A stretch of 63,850 nt of DNA, the filler included, from Conidiobolus incongruus B7586 (Eukaryota): the NCBI GenBank assembly GCA_000697335.1. It is 7 parts of 7 records of this genome, joined end to end, with 100 filler letters (N's around TTAATTAATTAA, not from the genome) between each part and the next. Parts side by side here need not be neighbours in the genome. Positions count along the whole stretch, not along the records: positions 1 to 22,003 come from JNEM01006245.1; positions 22,104 to 31,880 come from JNEM01006247.1; 5 more parts are not named here. The stretch is one strand, 5' to 3'. Below, piece by piece: positions 14,335 to 26,052 of this stretch (the stretch's first letter is position 1; each line of letters opens with the position of its first letter). The translations under genes and the position numbers were made by a program. Below the pieces are notes generated by a model. It was not told the origin of the DNA. It did no database searches and was given only the letters and a program-made list of their open reading frames with translations.

Positions 14335-15006
14335 ATGAAATTATCCAAGTTCTTCACTTGTTTGTTACCTATCTCATTCGCTTTAGCTGCTAAATCCAGT
14401 TCAAGTAGTGGTACTGAAAAGGCGGATTTGGCTAAATCAGATGTGTCGCAACTCGAAGGTATCTGGACTGTCACCTATACTTACAATACTTCTTCTAGTC
14501 CTGAAGTCGTAAGACAATGCTCATCTCAAGATGGTATTGAATGGACGATCAAGGGCACATCATGGACAGTTAACTTCAAGGATGCTAACCCTCCTAAGGA
14601 TCTCGTCTACGAGTCCAATGGTCGTTGGACGATTAAGCAAGTCACACAGGGAGGTGATACATGGATGAATGTGAAGCTCAATCTTCTCCAAAAGAATATT
14701 AACAACATCGAACCTTGCTTGGGTTTCCAAAGAGATGGTAATACCTTGTATATTAATCACAACTGGAAGGATGTTAAGCAATGTCCTACAACCTTCTACC
14801 CTCCCAACGATTACTGTAGAAATGACACAGCATATATGGTCGCAGTCTGTAAATCGGGAGCTTGTACAAAATCTTATTCGGATGCTGCAGTTGAAGGGTC
14901 TTCATCATCAAGCAATGCATTCTCTATCAACAATATTCCAATCAACCGCACCTTCTTGATGGTCGCCACCTTAATTCCAGTGGGACTAGCTTCTTATCTC
15001 ATGTAG
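14335..15006 (+). CDS. Secreted, probably GPI-anchored six-Cys protein of unknown family (paralog B)
   Basis: Intronless 223 aa. Signal peptide MKLSKFFTCLLPISFALA, LEGIWT motif, Ser-rich omega region SSSSSNA and hydrophobic tail. Confidence 0.9.
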   Translation: MKLSKFFTCLLPISFALAAKSSSSSGTEKADLAKSDVSQLEGIWTVTYTYNTSSSPEVVRQCSSQDGIEWTIKGTSWTVNFKDANPPKDLVYESNGRWTIKQVTQGGDTWMNVKLNLLQKNINNIEPCLGFQRDGNTLYINHNWKDVKQCPTTFYPPNDYCRNDTAYMVAVCKSGACTKSYSDAAVEGSSSSSNAFSINNIPINRTFLMVATLIPVGLASYLM

Positions 15007-16877
15007 TGTAAACCTATATAATATTACAAGCATCGCATCCTTCCCATATGCATAATAATAATAATACCATGAGCTGAAGTCAATTACAAATTAATTATAA
15101 GTAATAGTCCAAGAAATCTACAAACAAATCCAATCAGTCGCCAGCTTTCATCCTCACTCAAGTTCAAAAATACCAATAACTCTAACGCATCTACTTAATT
15201 AATAATTTTATTAATCGTTGTCTAGATTTCTAATAACTATTTCTTATATTTTCCTCCCATTTCCATATTGTCATTGATTTCAAATTCTCTTCTAATAAAA
15301 TTTTCATTATTTATCCTCTAATAATTCATTCATTCTGTATTGTTAAATTTTTTGATAGTATTCAATTAGAAATGTGTGTAATGCTGATGATATCACCAAT
15401 ATATCAATAATATACCAAAAAGTAAAGAATACTCATTGATTAATAGGATGATCCCAAATGATTGAATGTTGATAAATTTGTAGATCTTTTAAATAATAAC
15501 ATTGCTCAAGCTTTTTAACTTGAATTGGGATCTTTATATATTAATGATCTTCCATTATTTAAGCATTAGAATATATTAAACAATCATTGGATTAGAATTA
15601 TTCTTTTATTTAACCAATATCAAAACATAATTGTATTTAAATCATTTTTTACTAACTAATCTATTCCATAAGCAAGTGAACATTTGATTATAACTTAATT
15701 AAATAGTCATTAAAAATTGAACCAATCAATTTAAATATACTAATATTAATTGAAATATTTTGAAATTAAATATTCAGAATTCAATTTAAAATTTATATAA
15801 CCAAAGTTACTAATATTTAAATAGATAACATTTTTTTATTATTAATGTAATATACAATCACAAAGATACACTTATCCAAGTATATAATAGTAATTAATGT
15901 TTTTTCAAATAACTTATAATAAATATTTTACAAAAATAAACAATGAATAATTTTTTACCTTACAATATGAAACAGAATCAATTGTTCGCTTTATTACGGA
16001 ATAGAGGTTAATGCTTGCTAGAATTGAGATGATTTGCTTTGAATATTTAAAACTCAAAGCAAATACTTCTAATGAATATTAATTATATAATAAAAATTAC
16101 AAAAAATTGATATATTTAAAAAAAATCTGATTATCAAATTTAACAATTTATCTCTCTCGATATTTAATATATATTGTGATAATAACGAATATGGAATATT
16201 CAAAAATATTTGATAAAACTTATTTTATTATAAAATATGGAATCTACTGCTTGTTTATTATATATATTATTTGGAGTAATAAATTTGATAAATTGATCTA
16301 GTGAATTGCAATGAGGTTTGATTCGGACTTTGATTAATGTTATTCATTAAACAGGATTGATGAGGGTAGTTAACAATAATTTTCTTGTTTATTCTTATTA
16401 ATAATAACATATTGTATAAAGTTAAGCTAAGTGTTAATTATATAGTAAAATTATGTATAGAATGATTAAACAAGTAATCATGTAAGAGACTGGGTCAAAT
16501 CACAAAGTATGATAAAGAGAAAATGGTAAAGAACTAAGTTAATTGCCTTATACACAGGTTAAAGTGAATATGTCACGAATTTCACATAATATTTATATAA
16601 TTATTGGTTTTATTATATTAAACAGCATGATTTGGCCCAAAAAATTATATCTTCAAATTTTACAATAATTTTTATATTTATGTAACAAATCATTACCTAT
16701 GAGATGTATAACTGTTTTACAATTGAAAATTTTAAAAATGAATTTATTCATAAATTATTTTAATTCTACTACAATCACCATAATTTCATATCTTAAATTA
16801 CATATGCATATAGTTGAAATTGCTTCATTATTATTCTTTATAATTATTTAAATTAATAATCTCAAAAATATATTAAT

Positions 16878-17546
16878 TATTAGTATGGAAATTAAGAAAT
16901 GGCAAATTTTTTAATTTCTGATCTTTCAAACATATTATACATTTTGAAAGATTATATATATATAAAATATATAGGAAAATAAATATTTTCAAACTATATA
17001 TATATATTCAATTTTAATTATTTTTTTTATTATAATAGTATATGGTTTTTTTATTTAATACCTCAAGGAAAATCAATTAATAGTAAGTTATATATTACTT
17101 TTTTAAATAAAACAATTTCTAAATAGTGTTCTCAATATAAATTAAAGACACCTATTATTTTGCATGATAATTGCAAAATACATAAAGCTAAAGCTGTAAA
17201 AGATTTTTTATATAAAAAAAATTAGAGGGAGTTACCACATCTAGTATATTCACTTGATTATAATCTATGTGATTATAATTGTTTTAGACAATTAAAAAAA
17301 CAACTTACAGGAAAAAAAATTCCTGCAAACAAATTAAATTGGTTTGTGAAAAATCAAATTTCAGTCTTTAATAAAAAGAACTGTTTTTTAGGTATTAAAA
17401 GCTTACCAAAAGTATAGAAAAAAGTTATTAATAATAAAAGAGGCTATTAATTTTATATTATTCATTAAATTTTATATATTATTTATTAATTTATTTGTTT
17501 AATTTTAATTTTAAAATTGTGCCATTACTTAATTTTTGCACTAATA
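16878..17546 (+). mobile_element. Internally deleted mariner element with both TIRs (669 bp)
   Basis: Left end tattagtatggaaattaagaaatggcaaatttt matches right end (revcomp) tattagtgcaaaaattaagtaatggcacaatttt, with terminal TA. Retains PIILHDNCKIH (17151-17183) and ELPHLVYSLDYNLCDYNCF (ex-HPxYSPDxxPxD). Sequence jumps from the (TA)n tract straight to the catalytic half. Confidence 0.9.
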
Positions 17547-18451
17547 TTATTATAAAAATAAAATATCATTGTTTAATAGATATAGTAAAGAAATAGCATA
17601 ATATTAAACAAATTTTAATTTATGTGATTTTTTTTTATTTTTTTAATCAATAATTTATTATTAATTATTTAAAGTTTTAAATAAATTATAATTATAAATT
17701 ATAAGATTAAAATTTTGCAACTAATAGGAATATTAAACTAAATTAATATTTTATTTAAGTGATATTTTTTATATATATTCAATATTATACAAATTTTAGT
17801 ATTTTTTATAATAAACTAAAATATAAAATAAAATTTGGACACTAATTTTATACACTTTATTTAATTGTATTTTAAGCAAAACTAATGTATATCATATTTA
17901 TGATATTATCAATAGAATCGATTATAGAAATATAAATGTAAATCAATCAATCAATCATAATATAAACCTATAAATCAAATTTTCATATAAAAAATGAGGA
18001 TAATAAATTGATAAATTGGATTACCTCATTTATTAATAAAAAATTTATAAATAAATTGTGTAACTAAATAATAATAATAATAATAAAATCATCCATTTTG
18101 GCCAAATAATAAAGAGTTTAAATAATGGAACTATTAAGAAAATTGTAACGAAATTCGCTTTAATTAATATAATAAAGGGGTAAAGCTAATAAACACAGTA
18201 TAAAATGTTTGAATATTAGCGACAAATATAATACAAAATATCAAGAAAATATTATATTTATTATATGTGGTTTATATGAATTTGTGTGTATTATTTTGAT
18301 ATTATTTCATCCAGTATTCGCTAATATTTAACATGAGAGTTCTCAATTGGTGAATTCATTCCGAAGTGGATACAAATTATGAGAGTGGAGATGAGGAATG
18401 TTAACATATTGAACGGATGAATACGGCAGGGATTGAAGTATGTGAGGATAC

Positions 18452-19187
18452 TTAGAGCTGTGACTTGGTGGGGCTTGCAGGAGGGTAGTCAGGATAGAGG
18501 GTCATTTGGAAATCTTTGAGACTAAATCCGCACTTTTCATAGAATGGAATGTTATCTTTGCTGCAGTTAAGTGTGATTTTGTATACTTTGAGTTGGACGG
18601 CGATGTATTTCAATTGATCAATAATTCTATTTTAACCAGTTATTTCAAGTTCAAAATTATAAAATAATGGATATAATTTACCTTTGGCCTAATTTCTTTC
18701 CTCTTTGAGAGTCGTGAACCACAATATCTTCAATATGGCCAGCCTATTCATTGATTAATTATCATGCAGAGTTAAAACTATTAATCAGACTTACAACACC
18801 GCAGCTTCTGATGAATTTTTGTTCCATAAATATTGTGCCAGCAGCAACAACTCTACTAACTTTGGTATCTTCAATAACAATTGTGTAATAGTTTCCATTG
18901 CGCTTCATAATTTCATAGTTTCCTATTATTAATGTATAAGTATATAGTACTTACATGTTTTTATAGTTGATTATTACTTAAAAAATCGGTTTTTGATACA
19001 TTTCCAATTTTTGTTAATTGAGCTAAACAATCTAATAAACCTAATTGACATAATGAATATGTTAAATAATTAGTGAAGATGTAGTATTTTTACCTTTGTC
19101 ATAGTCTCCAACTTCCAAAGGTCTAATAACGTAGCCTTCAGGTAATTGGTTTTGAATTTCTTTTGAAATAAGTTGGTTAGTAAACAT
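18452..19187 (-). CDS. GNA1: Glucosamine-6-phosphate N-acetyltransferase (GNAT)
   Basis: 5 exons, missed by the ORF track: MFTNQLISKEIQNQLPEGYVIRPLEVGDYDKG-LLDCLAQLT...EQKFIRSCG-AGHIEDIVVHDSQRGKKLG-...YKITLNCSKDNIPFYEKCGF. TAA at 18454-18452. Confidence 0.95.
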
Positions 19188-20334
19188 TTTAACAGATATA
19201 TTATTCAAGTACTAAAGTTGAAAAGTTAGTAAACGTTAATTTATACTATGATAAAAGTGAGTATTTACAAGAGATAGATATTTCAATTAATTAATAACTA
19301 CAGAAAGATATGCTGAAGTTGTTACATACTTTGAATATTTATATGGTGTTTGGAGATGGTGGTGTTGTTTTAGCCATTTAATCATACATGCTTTGGAATT
19401 TCCTTTCTACACAGATTCCATTGGATGATTGGTTCTCAAGGGACTAAAATGCAATATTATTGGCTAATGATCACTTAATTTAGTTTGGATTTGTCACCAG
19501 ATTAAACCAGAGTAAGTTTTAGGATTAAATCATCCAACATACGTAGTACAAAATATCTTTTTAAGTTAAATTCGTCAAGTTTTTATTTTTATTTTTATTC
19601 TTATTGTAATTTTATTTTTAGAATTTTTCATAAATCTTGAATTTTTCTGAAAATTTATCAATCTTTTGAGTAATCATTTGGTTTAATGGATTAATTGAAT
19701 ATTTACTGGATTTCATAGAATAACTAAACCAATATTCAATTATAATTACATAATCAAAATTCGGACATATTTTAAGATTCTGTTTTGAAAGTTTTTGCCA
19801 TTATAGAAAATGATTAATTCTATATAATGAAAAGATTTTGATTCATACTTAAAATTTCAGTAGCTTTTTGAAAACTGATTCATGTGAGTTCAGGTTTGGA
19901 ATGTATTGATAAGTGAAAATGAAGCGTGATTAATTGGTTAAATTCATCATCATTACAATCTTGTCTTTTGATTAAATGATATATATAGTTTGATATGTTA
20001 AATCCATCCTATCTAGGCTTCAAAGATAGTGATTTACTACCAAATCAGATATTCTAAATCAGGAAACAGATCAATTCTGTTACAAATCGATTAAAATCAT
20101 TTAAGTTCAATAAACCATTTGCAAAATTACGTATAATTCAAAGGTCACTTGAATTATAAAAAGAAAAATATCATCTTTATCATTAACTTATTAAATGAAA
20201 GGTTTATTAAAAATAATTAATATTGAAAAAATTCTATAGATTAGTATTTTGAAAAAATTAGTAACTAATATTCTGATAATACAAAATAATGATGTAATAA
20301 TCTAGCTATTACCATTATATTGATCTAATAAAAT

Positions 20335-20971
20335 CTATTCTTCGTTTTCGTCTTCATCCTCTTCCTCACTTGATTCTTCATCTTCGAAATGTCTTCGATT
20401 GTTATTTACAAATAAATCATCATCACTATCTTCATCCTCATCGTCACCATCATGCTCAGGTTGCTTGTCCTCACTAAAATTAAAAACAATTAATAACCTA
20501 AGAATATTCAACAATTAATGATATTCAGTACTCTTTATCTTGTTCAAATTGAGTAGGCCTAAAACAATAATATCCAATAAACATCAAATAAACTAATGAT
20601 AAATAATAGAACAATTACCATTGCTTATTACTTTTTAACTGTTTAATATGCTCATTAAATAAAACTTTTTCAATAGTACCCGATACTTTAGTTCCACTAT
20701 TTGAATCAATTGTAGCAATGACAAAAGATCCTAAACCATATTAAAATATTTTTCAACTCTAATAAATCCTTATAATACCTCTTTTAATCCAAACCAAATT
20801 TCTAAACTTTGGAGGTAATTGACCAATAGTTTCAATAAGGGAGTCATTTTCAAAATATTTTAATTGATGTAAATTTTTGCCCAAAGGGTCGCCAACCTGA
20901 GCGATAACTTGATTTTCTAAAATTTCAATATCGTCTTCTAATATGTTTTTGGTAATATTTCTTCTGCCCAT
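20335..20971 (-). CDS. eIF1A-like OB-fold RNA-binding protein (EIF1AD family)
   Basis: LPPKFRNLVWIKRG-SFVI motif, IKQLKSNKQW-P, acidic tail with DDDLFVNNNR. About 4 exons. TAG at 20337-20335. Confidence 0.85.
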
Positions 20972-22003
20972 TGTTGTAAAATTGAATTTTTTTAATTAAA
21001 TCAATATTAAAGGGTATTTTATTAAAAATTTGAATATTAATTAAATTGTGGGATTTGATATTTATTTGAAATATTTTAATATAATTTTTATTTTAATCAA
21101 ACAATATTATAAATAAAATTTAAGATGAATAAAAAGTATATATAAATATATTTTATATCAAATATATTAATCATACTTATTCATAAATTATTATAATTTA
21201 GTGATTTTTTTTTTGAAATTTGTTATAATAAAAAAATTTAGAAGGCCTAGTGACAAAGGTAAGTACTATTTAAACTTCCTTTGCCAAAGTAAAAACCTGC
21301 CCGTAAGGGATTGGTCTGTGATAGACCTTTTGAAGTCACATTCACTGAAAAGAATGCTAACTTGTGATTATCTATCAGTTAATATAAATAACGCAATTTT
21401 TTATGATATTAAATTCATCAACTATCCATTTTCTCTAATACATTAATTTTGTGTTTATCAATACTTAATCCCAAAATGTTAAATTCAACATTCTAATATA
21501 TATACATTATTATACTTTTTAATTAATTATATTATATTTAAAGTAATTAAATTTAAGTTATAAATTTGCTTTTCAGAACTTAAAAGATAATCTAAAGTAA
21601 TATGAACATTTTATAGTTTAAAATTTGATTTATAGAAAAATATTTTTGAATTTTATTAATACCTTCTAATTCCTATTTGATGATTATATGTTTAATTGAT
21701 TTTAAAATCAATCAATAAAATATCTAATATTATATAATTAAAAATATTTTTTATTATTTATAAAATAATTACGAGGTTATTATTTTCCAATTAAACAGAT
21801 ATTCTTGAATTTTAGAGCAATTCAATCATTGATATTTTACAATTGGACCATAAAATTAATATAGTTTATTTTATTAAATGGTTACAATAGAATTTATAAT
21901 ATCAATTTAACATTTTAAGTAATATATAGCTCAATCTTGATATATAGAAATCCGAACTATTTATATTTAATATATTTTCAGATTTTGAATTATCATTTTG
22001 ATT

Positions 22004-22103
22004 NNNNNNNNNNNNNNNNNNNNNNNNNNNNNNNNNNNNNNNNNNNNTTAATTAATTAANNNNNNNNNNNNNNNNNNNNNNNNNNNNNNNNNNNNNNNNN
22101 NNN
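22004..22103. other. Assembly gap with artificial linker (also at 31881-31980, 38764-38863, 45555-45654, 56864-56963, 62524-62623)
   Basis: Identical N44-TTAATTAATTAA-N44 spacer; the 12-mer is a six-frame stop linker. Confidence 0.97.
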
Positions 22104-23277
22104 ATATATATAATAACTTTTTTAATTAAAAAAATAATTTTTTAAAATTAATTATTTAATTTAATTATGTTTAATATAAATAGTAACCATCAAAAGTTTT
22201 TTATTTTAATATTAGTAAAATTTAACCATAAACCTTTTAAAATCATTTAAAATTTACAAGCAGCTTTTAATAATAAAGTATTATCTAAATTAACAATTTA
22301 TTTCTAGGTAAATTATTTTAAAATTAAAAAAGAAACTACTTAAAACTTGCTAAAGTTTAAAAAATTAATTTTAACTATCACTTTTCTAATTATTAATAAA
22401 GTAAAAAAATATATTAAAAAGTACCATTTTATTTTAACTAAAGAATTTTCAAAACACTTTAATATTAGTTACATAAGTATTATATATATATTAAAGTTTA
22501 AATTAAAATTAATTAATAAAAATATAAAATAGATACCTTATAATTTAACTAAAGCTTAAAAAACTAAAGTAGTTATTGTTAAACAAAACTTCTTAAGGTA
22601 TAGCTAGAAACTAAAGCTTTTACAGCAAATTATTACAATTGATAAATTTTAGATTTTTTTGTATAATCCTTTATTAAAACATAAATTAAAGTGTTAGATT
22701 AAGTTAAATTAACCCCCTCTATAAATTCTTTTAAATAAACACTTTGTTGATAAATAAATGTTAATTGTTGTAATAAATTATAATAGCATATGCTATTCTT
22801 ATTTAGTTTTTAAAAGAAAATTAATTAATAGTAAACTTTATATTTCTTTTTTAAATAAAACTATTTTTAATTGGTATTCTCAATATAATTTAAAAAAACC
22901 TATTATTTTGTATAATAATTATAAAATACATAAATTTAAAGTTATGAAAAACTTTTTAATTAAAAATAACTTGAAAAAACTACTATATCTAGTATATTCT
23001 TTAGATTATAACCTATGTAATTATAATTGTTTTAAGTAATTAAAAAACTAGCTTGCAGGAAAGAAAATTTCTATAATAAAATTTAATTGGTTTGTGAAAT
23101 ATCAAATTTTAGTCTTTAATAAAAAGAATTGTTTTTTAAGTGTTAGATCTTTGCTAAAAATATAGCAAAAAGTTATTAGAAATAAAAGAAATTATTATTT
23201 TTACTTTTTATATATTAAAATGTTTATTTTTTTTTAATCACAAAAAATTCCCATTATTTAAATTACAAAGTAATATA
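22104..23277 (+). mobile_element. Mariner (DD34D) relic, nearly full length, left end lost in gap
   Basis: ORFs 22347-22532 and 22758-23039 are transposase pieces. PIILYNNYKIH...LLYLVYSLDYNLCNY has 34 residues between the ex-catalytic Asp positions. Right TIR aattcccattatttaaattacaaagtaata. Confidence 0.9.
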
Positions 23278-23960
23278 ATTATTTGATTATATCAAAGTAA
23301 AAAATTTCATATAAATCATTTTAAATAGAGAAATAAAACCAGTATATTGATATTTTAAGTGTTAATTGAATAATAATAATAATAATTTATAAATTTAAAT
23401 AAATTTGAAATGATGATAATAAATTTTAAGAAATAATTATTGATTTGATATTTTGTATTATTTTAAATCAATATATAAAGACAGATACTTTTGAATCAAT
23501 TTCAATCAAATTTATCAATTGATCACAAAATCATGCTTAAAGGTTATTTGAAATTAATTGGTAAATGTAGTGACGTTGCATTTTGAGAAAACAGTCATTA
23601 ATTGATATAGTAAAATATTAATTTGATCAAGCAAAGCAAACTAATCCAAATACAAATGAGGCTTTATAAAATGAAAAAAACATTATTAAGTAAAGATCTA
23701 TCTAAGTGATTAATACTTACAAATAATTATATGATATGATAAAATAGATAAACAATGATTTATTGATCATGATTATTTAGAATTGTTTTTATTGGTTGAT
23801 CATTATAAAATCCAATTCAGTATTTATAATCAAGGACTATTTAAAATTTAATAACTGATTTCACAATGTAATAGAATGAAATAACATCATGTTAATATAA
23901 ATGTACAAAAGGTTAGATACGCTGCGATAAAATGTAAGAGAAAGAAGTTTGTCAAAACCA

Positions 23961-26052
23961 TTAGTTGGTAGCTGTCATTTGTTTCTTCTTGATGATGTGG
24001 TTGAGCATATCTTGAACATATTTGACTCGATAGTATATGTCCTCAGTATCAGTTGTTGCTTGGAGACCAGGAACCTTATAATGAGCAGAAATGATGTCAA
24101 CCATTTTGAAGGGATCAGTCTTACCTGTAGGGTGAACGAGGGTTACAACACGTCCTTCTTCGGAAACGACAAGCTTATAGTGATCATAGAAGTTGATCTG
24201 AATTGTCTTGGAGCTAAGACGGAACATTGCTGCATGGTGGGTTCTGACAAATTTAGTCAAATAGACGAGAGAGTCAGGGCCAGCAAAAGGGACAGTAGGA
24301 ACAGAAGAACTAAGATGATCACGCATATAATCTCGGTAATTTTCAAAAAGTTTTGCCTTTTTGGAGAGAGGCTCAGGAATTTCATTAGCCGCATAAGATT
24401 CTTTAGTGACTGAATAGCGAGTGGAGCCTGATTCATAGTACAGGTAATGGAACTTGGGCTCAGCTGGGTTACGGACCATTGTGGTGGTATCTTTGAAAAA
24501 TACACCAGCAGTCTCATCAGTCAATTGATAGCCCAAACCATATTTTGTTCCATGGTCAATCCATTTCGTAATAAACACAGGCACTTTGACGTCACAATTA
24601 GAGAGGCGGTCAAGGTCTTCAAGTGTTTTAAATTTACGAATATATTCTAAGGCCTGATTAATGTTGAAGTGAGTTGTTTCCAAAAACGAGTAATTGGACA
24701 TATCAGGCAAAGCAAGAAATGCGATGCGTTCAGTTTTAGAAGCAGTGGCTTCGGTGGTGGAAGAGGGATCATGGCTACGTTTCTTGCTAGGGGTCATTTG
24801 ATAATTAAAAAGTTTGCGCTTGAGTTCTAAATATCAACATAAATAAAAATATTCGATATAAAACCAAACACGATATGTAACTTACGAGGTGGTGTAGGCT
24901 GGGTAGTTTGCATTTGTTGTTCAGGAGATTTGGAGGATGAATCAGTTTCTAAAAAGAATAGCACAAAGGGTAAGTGAAAGATGATTGATAGTAAAAGTAT
25001 ATAGTACCATTTTTAGACATAGCAAGAACGAGCTCATGTTCGCGGATTTCATAAGTGAAATCAGGTCTAGTGTGTAAGGCAGAAACTGGCATGACTTTGG
25101 GTATGTATTTTCTAAAGAAAGGATGCTTTCTAATTTGTTCGATAGTAGGTCTATCCTCTAAAGAAGCCAATGAGAATTAAATAATAAAAATATCAAATTT
25201 AAAATACTTGGATCAGTTGTAAGAATGAAACGGACACAATCTTTAAACTCATTTGTAACCTCTACATGAGCAGGGAACTGGAAGTTGGCAGCTCGGATTT
25301 TTCTGAGTGAAAGAGAGTAAATATAAAATAAAATCATGAAAATATAAATTGTACCTATAAATTTCATTAGTGTCGCGAGTTTGGAAAGGAGGGGTACCAA
25401 TAACAAGAGTATACAGAATGACACCAAGTGACCAAATATCAGCTTTGTAATCATGGCCATTCTTGGAATCATATAAAACTTCGGGAGCAATATAGTTGGG
25501 AGTGCCACAAATAGTTTTTTTACGTTCGTCGTCTGAAGCGAGTTCAGCAGCAAGACCAAAATCACCTATTTTAACATGCATTTTGGAGTCTAAAAATACA
25601 TTGCCAAGCTTAAGATCACGATGAATAACTTGATTACGGTGACAGTATTCCATAGCATCAAGCATTTGGCTCATATAATATCTAGCCTCTTCCTCAGAAA
25701 GTCTTTTGCGTGATTTCAACAAATCTACTAGAGACTGATTTTCGCAAAGCTCTAACAAAATATAAACATAGCTTGGATCTTGAAAACAGGAGTGTAGACG
25801 AACAATATGGTGATGTGCGAGTTTGTCATTGATTTTAATTTCACTTTTCAATTTCTCTCGGTGTTTCTCAGATTTTAAAGATTCCTTTAAGACTACTTTA
25901 CAAGCTAACCGAGTACCAGAAGGATGGGTAACGAGATAACATTTGGCGAAACCACCCTCACCAAGTAATTTTCCAACGTTGTATAGCGAATCAGTTTTTT
26001 TATCATGGAGTTGCTCTGGCAATGGAGGCCATTTTAAATTATCACGAGCCAT
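23961..26052 (-). CDS. CDC5: Polo-like kinase (Cdc5/Plo1/PLK1)
   Basis: GEGGFAKCY, HRDLKLGN, DFGLAA, KTICGTPNYIAPE kinase motifs. Polo boxes KWIDHGTKYGLGYQL and FRLSSKTIQINFYDHYK. About 5 exons. Confidence 0.95.

Noticed and set aside
19400..19420. U5 snRNA loop 1 resemblance (tcctttctac)
   Set aside because: Does not match the invariant GCCUUUUAC loop
21256..21266. U1 snRNA 5' end (TACTTACCT on minus strand)
   Set aside because: It lies near the 3' end of the island on that strand with no U1 body downstream; it is simply the complement of a donor-like site
22048..22059. Recurrent palindrome TTAATTAATTAA (six times) as a biological motif
   Set aside because: Always centred in N44...N44; it is an assembly linker with stops in all frames
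22347..23039. Lys/Ile/Asn-rich ORFs (also 38282-38506) as host genes
   Set aside because: They are transition-eroded mariner transposase fragments
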